Below, in pieces: positions 13,103 to 25,726 of a stretch of 64,000 nucleotides of DNA (within the stretch, counting starts at the first letter, position 1; every line of letters starts with the position of its first letter). The notes beneath the pieces are model-generated. The model did no database searches and was not told where the DNA came from. It saw nothing but the letters and a program-made list of their open reading frames with translations. Both the position numbers and the translations under genes were made by a program. Origin of the DNA: Felis catus (lineage: Eukaryota); the NCBI RefSeq assembly GCF_018350175.1, contig NC_058368.1, positions 37,512,001 through 37,576,000 of the forward strand. The letters run 5' to 3'.

Positions 13103-13313
13103 TTAATTTTTAATAAATAATAAAATAAAAATTTTTATTTATTTTTGAGAGAGAGAGACAGCGCAAGCAGGGAAGAGGGCAGAAGAGGGAGACACAGAAT
13201 CCGAAGCAGACTCCAGGCTCTCAGCTGTCAGCACAGAGCCTGACACAGGAATCAAAACCACGGACTGTGAGACCATGACCTGAGCTGAAGTTGGATGCTC
13301 AACAGACTGAGCC
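13103..13313 (-). mobile_element. Can-SINE, slightly 5'-truncated
   Basis: TSD aata(g/a)cctaga(g/a)attta at 13086-13102 and 13314-13330; head stops at 'gactgagcc'. Confidence 0.93.
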
Positions 13314-14596
13314 AATAACCTAGAAATTTAAAAGATTTCATTCCTACACCAAATTTGTATAATTTTATTAGAGCAGAATTCAAATCACAATATAAATCTC
13401 CTGATAGGAAACTTCATGTATTTTTCTAAATTACATTTAAAAATTAAAAATTTATCAATGAAAATATGTAAAATAATTTTTAAAATTCAAAATTATTTTT
13501 AAATTGATTGAACACCTGATATTTCTCATCAGGAAAAATGTGGCAAAAATCATTATGTGCATATTAATGAAGCAAAAATATTCAGGTTGAAAGTTTTACT
13601 GATTTCATTAGCATGGAATAAAGGGCAGTCATATTGCGGTAAACATTCTAATATGTGAAATATGTATACGAGGAAATGGTGAGGAAGAAGGTTTGAATAA
13701 TGAGAGGAAGAACAAATATAAAAAAAAAACAGAAAATACTTGCAAATCACATACCTGATAAAAATTTATCTAAAAAATACACAAGGAACTCATACAAACT
13801 AATAGCAAAAAAAAAAAAAAGAAAAAAAGACCAAAAACCTGATTAAAACATCAACAAAGACTTAAATACACATTTCTCCAAAGAAAGTGGCTAACAATTT
13901 GAAAAAGTGGTCAACATCATTAATCGTCAGGGAAAGAAATGCAAATCAAAATCATAATGAGATATTAGATCACACTTATTAGGATGGTTAGTGTTGAAAA
14001 AACAAAAGATAACTGTGTGGGTAAAGATTTGGAGAAATTGGAACCCTTATATGCTGTGAGGATGTAAATCAATGCAGCCCCTATGGAAAATGGCATGGAG
14101 CTTCCTCAAAAAATTAAAAATAGAACTATCATGTGACCCTGCAATGCCACATTTGAATACATATGTAATGGAAGTGAAATCAGAACCTCTAAGAAATATC
14201 TGTACTCCCATGTTCAGTGCAGCATTATTCGTAACAGCTAAGCAATCTAAATTTCCGACGATGGACAAATAAAGGAAAGGTGATATGAAATGTTATTTAG
14301 CCATAAAGAAAAAGGAAGTCCTGCTACAGGCCACAACTTGGAGGAGCCTGGAGGTCATTATGAAAACTGAAAGAAGCTAAATACAGCAGGATACTACATG
14401 ATACCTCTTAGATGAGGAATCCGAAACAGTCCAATTCATAGAAACAGAGAGTAAAATGGTAGCTGTCAGGTGCTGAAGGGTGGGGAACAAAGAGCGGCTT
14501 TAGTCAAAGGGTACAAAGTTTCACTTATGCAAATGGAAAAGGCCTAGAAATTTACTGTTATAGCATAATGCTTAGAGTTAACTATACTGAATTGTA

Positions 14597-14800
14597 GAGG
14601 CACCTGGGTGGCTCAGTTGGTTAAGCATCTGACTCTCGATATTGGCTCAGGTCATGATCTCATGGTTTGTGAGATTGAGCCCCCTGTTGGTCTCTGTGCT
14701 GACAGCATGGAGCCTGCTTGGGATTCTCTCGTTACATCTCCTGTTGCTCCTTCCCCCCCCCCCCCCAAATAAATAAGCATTAAAAAACCAAAACAAACAA
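14597..14800 (+). mobile_element. Can-SINE
   Basis: gaggcacctgggtggctcagttggttaagc head; aataaataag tail. Confidence 0.93.
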
Positions 14801-14803
14801 TTA

Positions 14804-15024
14804 GCAGGTGCCTGAATTACTCAGTTGGTTAAGTGTCCAGCTTCAGCCCAGTTGGTGATCTCATGGTTCAATTCCTGAGTTTGAGCCCTGCATCGGGCTC
14901 TCTGCTGTCAGCACAGAGCCCACTTCAGATCCTCTGATCCCCTCCCCACCTCCCCCACTTGTGCTTTCTCCCTCTCGCTCAAAAATAAATAAACATCAAT
15001 AAATAAATAAACTGTTAAAAAAAA
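14804..15024 (+). mobile_element. Can-SINE inserted in the A-tail of the previous SINE
   Basis: Second head 'ggtgcctgaattactcagttggttaag'; the pair is flanked by 'tgaattgta' on both sides. Confidence 0.9.
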
Positions 15025-15087
15025 CCAACTTGTTGAATTGTATACTTAAAATTTTGCTAAGTGGGTAGATCTTATGTTAAGGTTCTT

Positions 15088-15296
15088 TTTTTTTTTTTAA
15101 GTTTATCTTTGAGAGCGAAAGTGGGAGCATGGGGGAGGGAGGGACAGAGAGAGACCAAGAGAGAGAGAATTCCAAGCAGGCTCTGCTTTGTCAGCAAGCA
15201 GCTCAATGTGGGGCTCCATCCCATGAACCAGGAGATCATGACCTGAACCAAAACCAAGTGTCAGAGGTTTAACTGACTGAGCCACCCAGGCACGCC
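15088..15296 (-). mobile_element. Can-SINE
   Basis: Poly-T tail, GA linker, antisense head 'gactgagccacccaggcacgcc'. Confidence 0.93.
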
Positions 15297-16122
15297 AAGG
15301 GGTCTTATAAAATAATATAGTGATAATAACTAAGAAGTTGGAAGAAAACTTTTGGAGGTAATAGATGTGTTTATGGCATGGATTATAATAATGGTTTCAT
15401 GGATATATACTTATCTCCAAACTCATTTAAGTTTTATACATTAAATATGTACAGCTTTGTATGATAATCCTATGTATGTATAGCAATCATACCTCTATAA
15501 AGTAGTTAAAAAAGGAAGGGAGGGTTTGACATTAGTGTTTCTATTTCTTCTGATATTTCCTTGAATTATATTTCATCATAAGTTAAGATATGCTTAGCAA
15601 GAATAATTTTTGTATGAATAAAATGATATTTATTGAAAGCCTGCTTTCCATAAGACCTGATGTCAGTCCTTCTGATAGCAAAGATGGGTAATTGTCAACT
15701 TACCCTTTCACACTATCAAAGACTACACGTAGCTTCTAGTTGGCCTGTTAATAATGTGTTTGAAAAAGTCTTTTGAATGTTGGAGAATTTAGTGTTAATC
15801 TTTGGACTACTCAGTATTTAAAGCTGAAAATGTTTTCTCCAAGTTAAATATTAGAGATATATATGTTTTGTAGAAGTGTGCCTACTTTCTGACCTTCTAA
15901 AATTTTTTAGTCTGTATCTTAATAAAATCTCTTCACCAACATTGTTTAAAGCTATATAACATATTGAAGAAAAAAATTTTCATACATATTAGGTATATTT
16001 AACAGGTTCAAAGTTTTTAAACATTTATCCTCAAATGGAGGCAATACAATTTTGAAAGCATTAAAAAAAGCCATCAAGTTCAAATATCGGTGTCAACATA
16101 TGGGATTTTTAAAGGCATTTTA

Positions 16123-16343
16123 TTTTTTTTAATTTATTTTAAATGTTTATTTATTTACTTTTGAGAGAGAGAGCAGAAGTGGGAGAGGGACAGAGAGAGA
16201 TAGAGGGAGACACAGAATCTGAAGCAGGCTTCAAGCTCTAAGCTGTCAGCACGGAGCCTGATGCAGGGCTAGAACTCATGAACTGTGAGATCATGACCTG
16301 AGCTAAGTCGGACACTTAACCGATGGAGCCACCCAGGTGCCCC
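16123..16343 (-). mobile_element. Can-SINE
   Basis: Perfect TSD taaaggcatttta at 16110-16122 and 16344-16356. Confidence 0.96.
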
Positions 16344-17418
16344 TAAAGGCATTTTAATATTTGATGTAATAAAAAGAAGAACTAAGTCTTAATAGAATAA
16401 GATTCTGTAGAGCACCTTCCTTATCTGAATAAAAGAATCTGGGCTTGAGACTTCAATGTAACACTTAAGAGATTCCCTAATTCAAAATTTTATGAAACCA
16501 ACAAAAAGATTGTTTTTAATATAAACAACATTACTATGGAATTTTTATTATACTTTTTTTTTTTACTATAGAACTTACTTAAAAGCATTCAATGTAATCT
16601 TTAAAAGATGTAGAGTTTGCTTCAGGAACTATTTTCTGTCTACTACCTTTAGAGAAAAACAAAAATATACCTACCTGAAAATTCATTTTATTTTCTGACC
16701 TCAATTTTTCTTTTCACTTGTTTTGCTTAGCAGCTGTTTTTCTTTATGTCTTGTACATCTGTTTGGCAAAAAGATATTTTTATCAATGCCAAGTTCCACA
16801 TTGTTGATTTCTGTTGAACCATGTGTTCATAGTTGAAGTACATAAGTGTTTTTGGCATTTTTGCTAATAAAGCAAGTTTGATTTTGGTAATGGTCCTCAC
16901 AAAATGGCAAATGTTCTTTATTGTTAGAGGATGATTTTGTTAATATGTCTGTGTTCCTGGCTTTACCCTCAATTTGGTAATTATCTCATCCATGCAGTGT
17001 CACTTATTTCAGAATGTTGAGTGTGTCTTCCTCTTGTCTTCGAAGGGAGGATAGCTTCCTGATAGGGAAGAAAGCCTCATTTAACAGAAATGCAAAGGTT
17101 AGGAAGCATTCCATTCAACATCATCAAGCATGTCCTAGCTACACCATTAGATATTTATTCCTTTGACTGTGGTAGCTCATGATTGTTATTACTTTATAGC
17201 TAGTTTATACTCAGATTTATGTAGTAGATCTAATGATACAGGAAAATATGTTTAAATGAAGTTTTATATATTGGACAGATATATTACAGGATACTTATAT
17301 TGCTAAATATTTTAGATTAGTATCTTTCCCATTTTATTTAGATCAGCATATTAATATCTTTATTACAAAAGTACAAATTAAAGTTCAGGAATCTATTATG
17401 AAGAGTTTATTATGTTAA

Positions 17419-18275
17419 CATATTAGTTTTCTATTGGCGATATAACAAATTTCACAACTTACGTGGCTTGAAATAACACCCGTTTGTTAACTCAGCTCAT
17501 GGGGCACAAAACAAGGGTAGACAGCGACAAGCTGGGTCCTCTGCTTGCCGTTTCACAAGGATGAAATCAAAGTGTTAAGAGAGCTGTGTTCTTTTTGGGA
17601 AGCTTTGGGGCTGCATCTGCGTCCAAATTCATTGAGATTATGGTCCAGATTCAGCTCCTTGCAGTTGTAGGACTGAAGTTTCAATTCTTTGAGGTCTATA
17701 AGCTAGAAGCCTTTCTCGGATTCTTAAGGCGTTCCTCATCATATTGCCTCATCCATTTTCAAACCAAAATTGGTGGATTGAGTCCTTCTCACTCTTTACA
17801 TTAAATCTTTCTGACTTCTCTTGCTGCCTCTTTCTGACCCCAGTCAAAAAAGTTCTCTGTTTTTAAAGACTTAATGTGATTAGATTGGGCCAGCCTGAAT
17901 GATGGGTAATGCAGAATTATCTCCCTATTTTAAAGTATGTAAACTTGGGGCGTGTGGGTGCCTCAGTGGTTGAGCGTCCGACTTCGGCTCAAGTCATGAT
18001 CTCGAGGTTCGTGAGTTCAAGCCCTGCGTCAGGCTCTGTGCTGGCAGCTCTGAGCCTGGAGCCTGCTTCAGATTCTGTGTCCCCCTCTCTCTCCGCCCCA
18101 CCCCTGCTTGTGCTCTGTCTCTCGGTGTCTTCTAAAAATGAATAAACATAAAAAAAAAATTTAAGTATATAAACTTAACTACATTTGCAAAATCCTTTTT
18201 ACCATGTAACACTACATATTCCATAGGTTCCAGGGATCAGCATGTAGACATTTTTCAGTCATTCTGTCTACTACA
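17419..18275 (-). mobile_element. MLT1 (MaLR) LTR, MLT1E-like, interrupted by a SINE
   Basis: 'tattagttttctattgg...ataacaaatttcacaact..gtggcttgaaataacac' start and 'attctgtctactaca' end. Confidence 0.85.
17947..18162 (+). mobile_element. Can-SINE
   Basis: TSD aagtat(g/a)taaactt at 17933-17946 and 18163-18176. Confidence 0.96.
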
Positions 18276-19099
18276 CTTAGTACATATCTTAGCTGAAATT
18301 TTATCCAGATTTTAGTGACTTGACTTTATTCTTAATATTAAATGGATGCTTTCCTAAATTTTAAGGGACCTCTAATATTGTCCATTATCCTGAATTAACT
18401 GATTCTTTGCCTTAAACTTTTGAAATTGACCAGGGTGACAATGTTACAAAATGACTTTGGGGCTAGTTATATTTATCTACCTATTTTCATTCTCCTTGGC
18501 TCACCACAATGATTCAAGCAAATTATCCTTGTACTGAAACAGTACAAGAGGCCAGTTGGATAAATGCATGAGGGAAAAAAAAGATGAAATGGAAATAGAA
18601 TCCCAATTTTACCATGTCTTACCACCTTAAATTTAGAGTAAAAAAAAAAAAAAGAAATTACTTTAAGACATTGCCTTCCATTAAGGATAGACATCATTCA
18701 CAACGGAGATAATGTTAATTGTTCATCCTCGATCTTGGATTGGTTTTGTTATCTTCATCATTACATTTAGAACCACAGCAATAAAATTGAGTCTCAAGTT
18801 CCACCTTTCTAGACTTGATGGAATAAAGCAGTAGCCCCAATGTCTGAGTTAGTTCAACCATTTTATAGTGTTCTACTGTGCTGTAGCACTTGTAGGTAAG
18901 ATGGAATTTTCCTATTTAAATTGTAAATTAGGGATACTTATTTATTTAGCTCTTTTGGCTTTTTTCTTCCTGAGATACACTCATAGAAGGAATAGTCCAT
19001 CACTTTATTAAAATTAATATTGAACCCAGGAAAAGAAGATTAATAATTAGAATACGCTTTGGCTAAATCTTTTTAATCAATAGAAGATTATATTTTATT

Positions 19100-19293
19100 T
19101 ATTTATTATTTTTTTAAGTTTATTTATTTTGAGGAGGCGGAAGGGCAGAGAGAGAGGGAGAGAGAGAATCCCAAGCAGGCTTGTGCTGTCAGCACAGAGC
19201 CCATGCGGGGCTCGAACCCACAAACTGTGAGATCATGACCTAAGCCGAAATCAAGAGTCAGATGCTCAGCTGACTGAGCTATCCAGGTTCCCC
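19100..19293 (-). mobile_element. Can-SINE
   Basis: Antisense body 'gggctcgaacccacaaactgtgagatcatgacc'. Confidence 0.93.
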
Positions 19294-20703
19294 TATTTTA
19301 TTTATTTTCTATATTAGAATGAAAATATATACATCTTTGAATCCCCCATGTTAATATTGATGTTTTAAGAGATGACTGTAACAGTGTTCTGCAGAGGTGT
19401 ATTTCAGTTTATAGCAGCCACTTTTTTTATACTTAAGCTTCCAAATTAAGATAAACTTTAACAACTATTTCAGATATAAAGTATGGCTTTCAGTGAAAGA
19501 ACATTTGCTTAATCCATAATAATCGTGGCATCAATAAAAAATTGGCAAAGAATTTTCTTTTGTTAGTCATTGGAGTTAAATCACTCTATTTCAGGAAGTG
19601 ATCTCTATGCTATGCTGTTTATGTGTTTACTTTCTGATATTAATATACTTTAATATATTCTTCTAAGATCTTTTTGCTATACTATGATTTTACTTTTGAT
19701 ATATACTACATATATATCAAAATATATATAGTTCACATGTTTATGTCAACATGCTTATCTATAATACTTTTCAAAATGACTGAAATCTTTGCTGTCACCA
19801 CCCTGTCCCCATACTGATATTTTCAAACTTCAGGAGTTCCAGCAGAATACTTTATCTAGAAGCAAGAATCTTGAGTTGAATGTCTTTAAGGTTGATCAAA
19901 ATGGAAATATCACAGTGGTCTATTTGTATCTTGTCCCTTGAACATGACAGATATCTCAGTAGTGAATCATCTTGGTTTAGATATATGGTTTTTAATTTAC
20001 ACAACAAAAACTAGGAAAGTCAATGTAACTGAGAATTTTGACAAAGTACTTTTTTTTCCTCTCAAAAATTTTGAGCTAGTATCTGTTATTTAAGCACTAG
20101 GAATCTAACTTTGAGCTATTGGACATTTTAAAAAATAAGAACCTTCTATGAATGCACAAATGTATTTTTTTCATAAGTTAGGATAAACTTTGTCTGAAAT
20201 TTTGGGTTTCTTTTACTTTGGATGGTTTTGACAGACAACTATGGCTTCATTGGAGATATGAGTGATTAAGCTGACACATTAAGGATAAATACTTATTATT
20301 TTAGTGAAGGAAGTTGGGGATGAATATTTTATAAAGAAGTAGTAGCTCTTTCAAAAAGTAGATGGTGAGAAAAGTAGAGCAGTTTTTCAAAAACTTAGAT
20401 ACATTCAGTAAAGCTATATTGAAAAAAATAAGGAAAGGTAATTTGTGGCAAAGTGAGCCTGAAAATTTAAGTAGACACCAGGAAAAGGAAATTTTATTTT
20501 GACTGACCTAAAACCTATGATATGCTATGAATGAATTCTGTCACATATTAAAATGGAATCTGGAAGAAGAAGAGAAAGAAGCTAGAAGTAAAATATTTGA
20601 AAACATGTCAAATTTCTCAAATGAGAAAAAATCATTACTTATACATCCAAGAAGCTCAAGTAGGATAATCACACAAAACACACATACACATATATACTTT
20701 TTA

Positions 20704-20708
<5 letters not shown>

Positions 20709-20742
<34 letters not shown>
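20709..20742. repeat. (CA)n microsatellite
   Basis: Perfect CA run. Confidence 0.95.
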
Positions 20743-20744
<2 letters not shown>

Positions 20745-21591
20745 TTATCTATCAAGTTGGTGATAGCAAAGTATAAAGACAAAAGACAAAGTATAAAGAC
20801 AAAAGAAAAGCAACACATCCCTTATTGGGAAACAACAGCATGATAAACATCTGATTATGACCAAAAAAAAAAGTATGAAGACAATTGAATGACAAATTGA
20901 AAGGAAAATAACAAGCAAAACAAACAAATGAACAAAGCTGCTATCAAAGGATTCTATATCCAGTGAAACTATCCTTCAGAAATAAAATTAAATTAATACA
21001 TTTAAAGATAAATAAAAATGGAAATAATCCAGTTTTATCAGCCTTGTATTATACAAACTATGAAAGTCAGAAGTAAAGTAGATGGTAACAGTGATCTATG
21101 GGAAGGAAAGAACAACCCCAGAAGTTATAATTTGTTAGTACACGCACACACACAAACCTACACACAAACACACGCACACAAGCACGTGTATATATGCATG
21201 TTTTCTTCTATTAATTTCTTTAAATGACATGTTTGTTTAAAAATAAGAATATAAAAATCTTGTTGGATATATAACATAAATAAGTAGACATAATACATAT
21301 GCCAATATTAGCAAGTAAGGTGTTAAAGGGAATTGAACTCTAGTAGTAAAAATTTTCTGTATCTACCAGATTTATATCAGGACTAACCTGAAATACGTTG
21401 CAATAAATTAAAGATGTGTAATACAATTCCTAGAGAAATCACTGAAACACACACTTACGTGCACTCTTTTTTTAAAAAAAATCTTTTATTTTAATTCCAG
21501 TTAGTTAACATACTGTTAGTATATCAGCTGTACAATATAGTGATTCAACGATTCTATACATTACCTAGTGCTCAGCTCATGACAACTGCAC

Positions 21592-22060
21592 TGTGCGTTC
21601 GGCTTTCAGCTTTGTCCGGCAAAGGCAGGGATGGCAGTAAGTGTTACTCAAGACTCCATGCAAGTCAAGGGAGGTGAGAAGGGAGTCTTCTCTAGGTGAG
21701 AAGGTGAGCTCAGTCTCCCCGAGCTGCTCTCAAGCTCCTGTATTTGTTGAGCATACATTTAGGGTAACATCACGCAATATTCAGTGGGCTACGTGCCAGT
21801 AAGAATGCATAGATACGTGCAGAAAAACGAGACAGGGTAAAATATTCCATGGGATAACATGGTCTAAGGAATTTCTGAGCATAGGCAGGACCTAACCCCT
21901 AGATATACATTAACTAGATAAGCAAAGCCCCCTAGGTATACATTAACTAGGTAAGTGAACCATGACTACTGTTTTCAGCAAGACCAGAAAGCAGTTTTCT
22001 GCTTTGCAATGTGTTCTCTGTAATCTCCTAACCCAGGATATAGCTATTTGATGTCCCTCA
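21592..22060 (-). mobile_element. Solo LTR (469 bp), possibly class II/ERVK-like; strand tentative
   Basis: TG...CA termini; flanks ctgcac (21586-21591) and ctggac (22061-22066); cleanly interrupts the L1 3'UTR; internal 27-bp direct repeat. Confidence 0.8.
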
Positions 22061-22504
22061 CTGGACTCCTTACTGTCCATCACCTACTTAACCCATCCAC
22101 CCACATACCTCCCCTTTGGTAACAGTTGTTACCAGTTTGGCAAACAGTTTGTTCTTTATAATCAAGAATCTGTTTCTTGATTTGTCTCTCTCCTCTTGTC
22201 TGTCTCTTTTCCCTTTGCTCATTTGTTTTGTTTCTTAAATTCCAAATGAGTGAAATCATATGGTATTTGTCTTTCTCTGACTTACTTTGCTTAGCATTAT
22301 ACTATCTCTATCCATGTCCTAGAAAATGGCAAGATTTCATTCTTTTTATGATGGATGCTTGGGCTGTTTCCATAATTTGGCTATTGTAAACAATGCTGCT
22401 ATAAGCATAGTGGTGCATATATCCCTTTGAGTTAGTGTTTTTATATTCTCTGGGTAAATACCCAGTAGTGTGATTGTTGCATCACAGGGTAGTTCTATTT
22501 TTAA

Positions 22505-22734
22505 ATTTTTTTAAAAAAGTGTTTATTTATTTTGAGAGAGAGAGAGAGAGTACATGTGCATGAACACACGTGAGCTATTAAGGGAGAGGCAGAGAGAGAG
22601 GGGAGAATCCTAAGCAGTCTGCACACTGTCAGCACAGAGCCCAATGCAGAGCTAAATCCCATGAACCAGGAGATCATGACCTGAGCCGAAGTCAAGTTTC
22701 AGATGCTTAATGGACTAAGCCACCCAGGCGTCCC
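22505..22734 (-). mobile_element. Can-SINE in L1
   Basis: Antisense head 'agccacccaggcgtccc'. Confidence 0.93.
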
Positions 22735-24476
22735 AATTTTTAACTATATGAGGAATCTCCATACTGTTTTCCATAGCGAGTGCACCAGTTTGCATTCCCA
22801 CCAATGATGTACGAAGGTTCCTTTTTCTGCACATCTTTGTCAACATCTGTTGCTGCTCGTGTTGTTGATTTTAGCCATTCTGACAGGTGTGAGGTATGTC
22901 GTACTTTTGATTTGTGTTTCCCTGATGATCAGTGATGTTGGGCATCTTTTCATGTGTCTATTGGACATCTGGAGGTCTTCTTTTCAGGAATGTCTGTTCA
23001 TGTCTTCTGCCCACTTTTAATCAGATTATTCATTTTTTAGGTGTTGAATTGTATCTGTTATATTTTGGATACCAATCCTTTATCAGAGATGTTATTTGCA
23101 GATATCTTCTCCCATTCCATAGGTTACCTTTTAATTTAGTTGATTGTTTAGTTCACTGTGTAGACGCTTTTTATTTTGATGTAGTCCCAAAAATTTATTT
23201 TTGCTATTGTTTCCCTTGCTTCAGGAGACATATCTAGAAAACAGTTTATGGCCTATGTCAAAGAAGTTACTGCCTGTGTTTTCTTCTAGGATTTTTTATG
23301 GTTTCAGGTCTCACTTTTAGATCTTTAATCCATTTTGAATTTATTTTTGTGTTGCTCTATGGAAGTGGTCCAGCTTCATTCTTCTCCATGTCACTGTCCA
23401 GTTTTCCTAACACCATTTTTTTGAAGAGATTGTTTTTTTTTTTCTCATTGGATATTCTTTCCTGCTTTGTCAAAGATTAATTGGCCATGTGTTACGGATT
23501 TATTTCTGGATTTTCTGTTCTGCTCCATTGATCTATGTGTCTATTCTTGTGCCAGTAGTGTTTTGATTAATACAGCTTTGTAATATAACTTGAAGAGTGG
23601 AATTATGTTGCCTCCAGCTTTGCTTTTCTTTTTCAAGATTGCTTTAGTTATTTGAGGTCTTTTGTGATTCCATATAAATTTTGAGATTGTTCTAGTTCTG
23701 TGAAAAATGTTGGTATTTTGATGAAGATTGCATTAAATATGTGGATCGCATTGTGTAGTATAGACATTTTAACAATATTTGTTCTTCTGATCCGTGAGTG
23801 TGGAGGGCCTTTCCATTTCTTTGGGTTGTCTTCAATATTTTTCATCATTGTTTTATAGTTTTCAGAGTATAGGTCTTGCACCTGTTTGGCTGAGTTTATT
23901 CCTAGGTATCTTATTATTTTGGGTAAAAGAGTTTTCTTAATTTCTCTTTCTGCTGTTTGATGATTATTTATTATTATACTGCAACAGATTTCCATATATT
24001 GATTTTGCACCCTGAGATTTTACTGAATTTATCAGTTCTAGCAGTTTTTTTGGTGGAGTCTTTTGGGTTTTCTGTATGTAGTACCACATCATCTGTAAAT
24101 AGTGAAGGTTTAACTTTTTCCTTATCAATTTGGATGCTTTTAAGGTCTTTTTTGTTGTTTGATTGCTCTGACTAGGACTTCCAGTACTGTGTTGAATAAA
24201 ACTGGTGACAGTGGACATCCTTGTCTTTTTCCTGACCTTAGGGGAAAATCTCTCAGTTGTTTTAGGAGGATGTTAGCAATGCACTTTTTGTAAACGGTCT
24301 TTATTATGTTGAAGTATGCTCCCTTTGTCAGATGCTTTTTATTCATCTTTTGAGGGGATCATATGGTTCTTATCCTTTCTGTTATTGATATGATGTATCA
24401 CATTGATTGAAATGCGAATATTCAACCACCCTTGCAATCTAGGAATAAATCCCTCTTGATCATGGTGAATATTTTT

Positions 24477-24682
24477 AATTAATTAATTAATTAAACTTAT
24501 TTATTTTGAGAAAGAGTGTCATCAGGGCAGGGCAGAGAGGGAGGGAGACAGAGAGAATCCCAAACAGGCTCCACACGGTCAGTACAGACCCCATTGTGGG
24601 GCTCGAACTCAAACTGTGACCTCATGACCTGAGCTGAAACTAAGAGTCAGATGCCTAACCAACTAAGCCACCCAGGTAATCC
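24477..24682 (-). mobile_element. Can-SINE in L1
   Basis: Antisense body 'gggctcgaactcaaactgtgacctcatgacctgagc'. Confidence 0.93.
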
Positions 24683-25162
24683 AAAGAACGATTTTTTAAA
24701 TGTATTGTTGGATTTGGTTTGCTAGTATTTATGGAGGATTTTTGCTTCTATAGTCATCAGAGATATGGGCCTGTAGGTCTCTTTTATTGATGTCTTTGTC
24801 TGGTTTTGCTATCAGGGTAATGCTGTCCTCATGGAATGAATTTGGAAGTTTACTTTTCTTTTCTATTTTTTTTTTGGAATAGTTTGCGAAGAATAGGTTA
24901 ATTCTTTAAATGTTCAGTAGAATTTTCCTGTGAAGCCATCTGTTCCTAGACCTTTGTTTTTTGGGGAGTCTTTTGTTTACTGATTCCATTTCTTTACTGG
25001 TTATTAGTATGTTTGAAATTTCTATTCCTGTTTCAATGTTGGTAGTATATATGTTTCTAGGAAGTTTCAATGTAGGTAGTATATATGTTTCTAGGAATTT
25101 ATACAGTGTTTTTAAACTGTTCAACTTATTGGCATATTGTTTTTCATAATATTCTCTTATAA

Positions 25163-25380
25163 AAATTTTGTTTTAACATTTATTCAGTTTTGAGAGGCAG
25201 AGACAGAGTGTGAGCCAGGGAGGGTCAGAGAGAGAGAGAAAGAGAGACAGAATCTGAAGCAGGCTCCAGGCTCTGGGCTGTCAACGCAGAGCCTGACACA
25301 GGGCTTGAACTCATGAACCATGAGATCATGACCTGAGCTGAAGTCAGCTGCTTAACCAACTGAGCCACCCAGGCACCCCT
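25163..25380 (-). mobile_element. Can-SINE in L1
   Basis: TSD taatattctcttataa at 25147-25162 and 25382-25397. Confidence 0.96.
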
Positions 25381-25534
25381 TTAATATTCTCTTATAACAG
25401 TTTGTATTTCTGTGGTTTTGGTTGTTATTTCTCCTCTATCATTTGTGATTTTGTGTTTGAATCCTTTCTCTCTTTTTTTTTTTTTTTTTTTTTTTGCTTG
25501 ATAAGTCTGAGTAGGGGTTATCAATTTTATTGAA

Positions 25535-25726
25535 AAATTTTTAGAGTAAATCTTTTTATTTTAGAGAGAAAGGGGGAAAGGGGCAGAGGGAGGGAGAGAG
25601 AATCTTAAGTAGGCTCCTTGCTGAGCATGGAGCCTGATACAGGACTCAATCTCACAACCCTGAGATCATGACCTGAGCCGAAATCAAGAGTTGGATGCTC
25701 AACAGAGTGAGCTACCCAGATGCCAT
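25535..25726 (-). mobile_element. Can-SINE in L1
   Basis: Flanked by attttattga on both sides. Confidence 0.92.

Larger units (their letters stand above)
13725..15512 (+). mobile_element. L1 3' fragment (ORF2 C-terminus and L1MB-like 3'UTR) holding three SINEs
   Basis: ORF 14072-14272 [25 protein letters not shown]...ICTPMFSAALF is L1 ORF2 C-terminal sequence; 3'UTR 'aaaacttttggaggtaatagatgtgtttatgg'. Confidence 0.9.

Noticed and set aside
17013..17098. Possible exon (tttcag|aatgttg...gcaaag|gttagg)
   Set aside because: One frame is open, but the peptide is unrecognised and the donor is weak; not supportable without transcript data.
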